Positions 62,357 to 64,000 of a DNA stretch of 64,000 nucleotides are shown here, piece by piece; the first letter of the stretch is position 1, and each line of letters starts with the position of its first letter. The stretch comes from Octopus bimaculoides (Eukaryota): NCBI RefSeq assembly GCF_001194135.2, contig NC_068984.1, positions 135,688,764 through 135,752,763 on the forward strand, given 5' to 3'. The position numbers were made by a program, and so were the translations under genes. Under the pieces are notes generated by a model. It made no database searches and was not told where the DNA came from. It worked only from the letters and a program-made list of their open reading frames with translations.

Positions 62357-62566
62357 ACTTTCTACTACAGGTAGAAGGCCTGAAATTTTGGTGGTGGGGT
62401 TAGTCGATTACATGAACGCCAGCACTTGACTAGAACATATCGACCCGAAACGATGAAAGGCAAAGTCGAACTCGGTGACATTTTAATCAAATGTATGTAA
62501 TACCCCGACAAATGCAGCGAAGCATTTTGTCCGGCTTGCTGACGATTTTGCCAGCTCGGCGACTTC
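62357..62566 (-). mobile_element. SINE B, tail type 2
   Basis: aggcctgaaattttgg..ttagtcgattacat..gatgaaaggcaaagtcgaactcgg..ttgccagctcggcgac. Confidence 0.85.
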
Positions 62567-62567
62567 A

Positions 62568-62569
62568 TG

Positions 62570-62657
<88 letters not shown>

Positions 62658-62662
62658 TAATA
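62568..62662. repeat. (AAT)n
   Basis: Direct. Confidence 0.98.
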
Positions 62663-63679
62663 ATCAGTGTTAATACATCCACAAAAGTGTGGAAATTCGT
62701 TACAAATTGAATAGCAGCCTCATAGATAAACATTAGGCGCATAAACTGTCTTTTTAACCTTACTTTGGGCTATTCAGTTTTTGAACATATTTATTAGATG
62801 TTTGCCATAATTACATGCTTAATACATGTTAAATGCCATTTGTAACATAATCTCAACCTATAACTGTTTGCATATTTCCATATTATTTGTAATTCTTCAA
62901 CAGAACATTCTGATATGTGGAGTGTGTTCCATATGATTTATTTATGTGATTGATAATGTATAATGGCTTAAGACATATTTGTTGGATATTGCATTTTTCA
63001 TTTGTTTTCCTAGCATTCACACGTTATAATGTAGAACAACGTCAAATTAGATCAAAACGGTAATGTGAAATCTACACATGTATCCATAAATATATATATG
63101 AATTCAAGAGTAGTTATTCAACCTATCTAGATAATTATTTATACCTTGATGTTTATCTCTAAAGAAGTTAAACTACTAAAAGAAATCTATTCGAAAGATC
63201 AGACGGGATAACTGCTATTGTAAAATAACCATCTTTTATTGCAATGTACATTGGACAGTTAAAGTGTGTGTATATTAAGAATAAGTGGTTCAAAAAGATA
63301 ATTCACATCATCGCACCTAAATAAATCATGGAACTTATATTTAGGAATATAATTTACGAATATATCTGTATGTTGAAGCGGTTTTATTTAGTAGTTGCAA
63401 TAATGCAGAAATAGTTAAAAGATTTACGACCAAATCCCATAACCAATTTTACGGAAATATAAAAAAAAATAAAATGGAAGTGACACCGGATAAAATCGGT
63501 GGATGACCTTTCTTTGGAATTCATGTATGTTGTAAAGAACGGTGCCTGTATAATTATAATCTCACGCAAGGTTTGATATGAAGTAATTATAATTACTTCA
63601 TTAGTCATTACTAATAGACAGCCGTGTAAGTGAGCTTCCAAATTACGATTTTAATGTAGTGCTACGTATTTTTAAAAAT

Positions 63680-63702
63680 AAACACGCACACGCACATACA
63701 CG

Positions 63703-63749
<47 letters not shown>

Positions 63750-63872
63750 ATACACACAGATACATATACATAAATATATATTCAGTGTCAGACAGAATAT
63801 ATACACCACGAAAAACCGGGAAAACCAGCCTATGTGTTATGAGTGCATAGATTGGTGTGTGCGTGCGTGCGT

Positions 63873-63920
<48 letters not shown>
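63680..63920. repeat. (CA)n and (TG)n blocks
   Basis: Direct. Confidence 0.95.
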
Positions 63921-63921
<1 letters not shown>

Positions 63922-64000
63922 CATATATGTATATGCATTAAGTCAGGAGATAGGAGAAATGAATATAGATGTATTTAATCACATAGCATCCATTGGGTTA

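Noticed and set aside
1-64000. CRISPR array, rRNA, prokaryotic operon or horizontally transferred island
   Set aside because: No regularly spaced repeats with unique spacers, no rRNA motifs, no gene-dense or GC-shifted block

Overview
AT-rich eukaryotic draft-genome DNA, dense in microsatellites, with 13 N gaps that mostly abut simple repeats. The SINE and LINE content matches what I recall from coleoid cephalopod (Octopus-like) genomes; this is recognition from memory, not a database result. Interspersed repeats dominate: (i) about 30 copies or fragments of at least four tRNA-derived SINE families (called A-D here), several with target-site duplications and interchangeable tails; (ii) at least seven fragments of an R4/Dong-type non-LTR retrotransposon (RT, CCHC knuckle, restriction-like endonuclease), mostly in or beside trinucleotide microsatellites; (iii) probable RTE, hAT and MULE relics; (iv) four inverted-repeat elements, including a 1.07-kb foldback with about 460-bp arms; (v) two copies of a repeat with a hammerhead-ribozyme-like motif. 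No protein-coding gene can be identified with confidence. Nearly all long ORFs in the track are gap or microsatellite artefacts, or transposon remnants. Several short splice-flanked open frames are listed as low-confidence exon candidates. Some resemble an RXFP/LGR-type GPCR or an H-NOX domain by eye, but equally good splice pairs closed in all frames occur here, so false positives are likely. No CRISPR array, rRNA or intact tRNA gene was seen.
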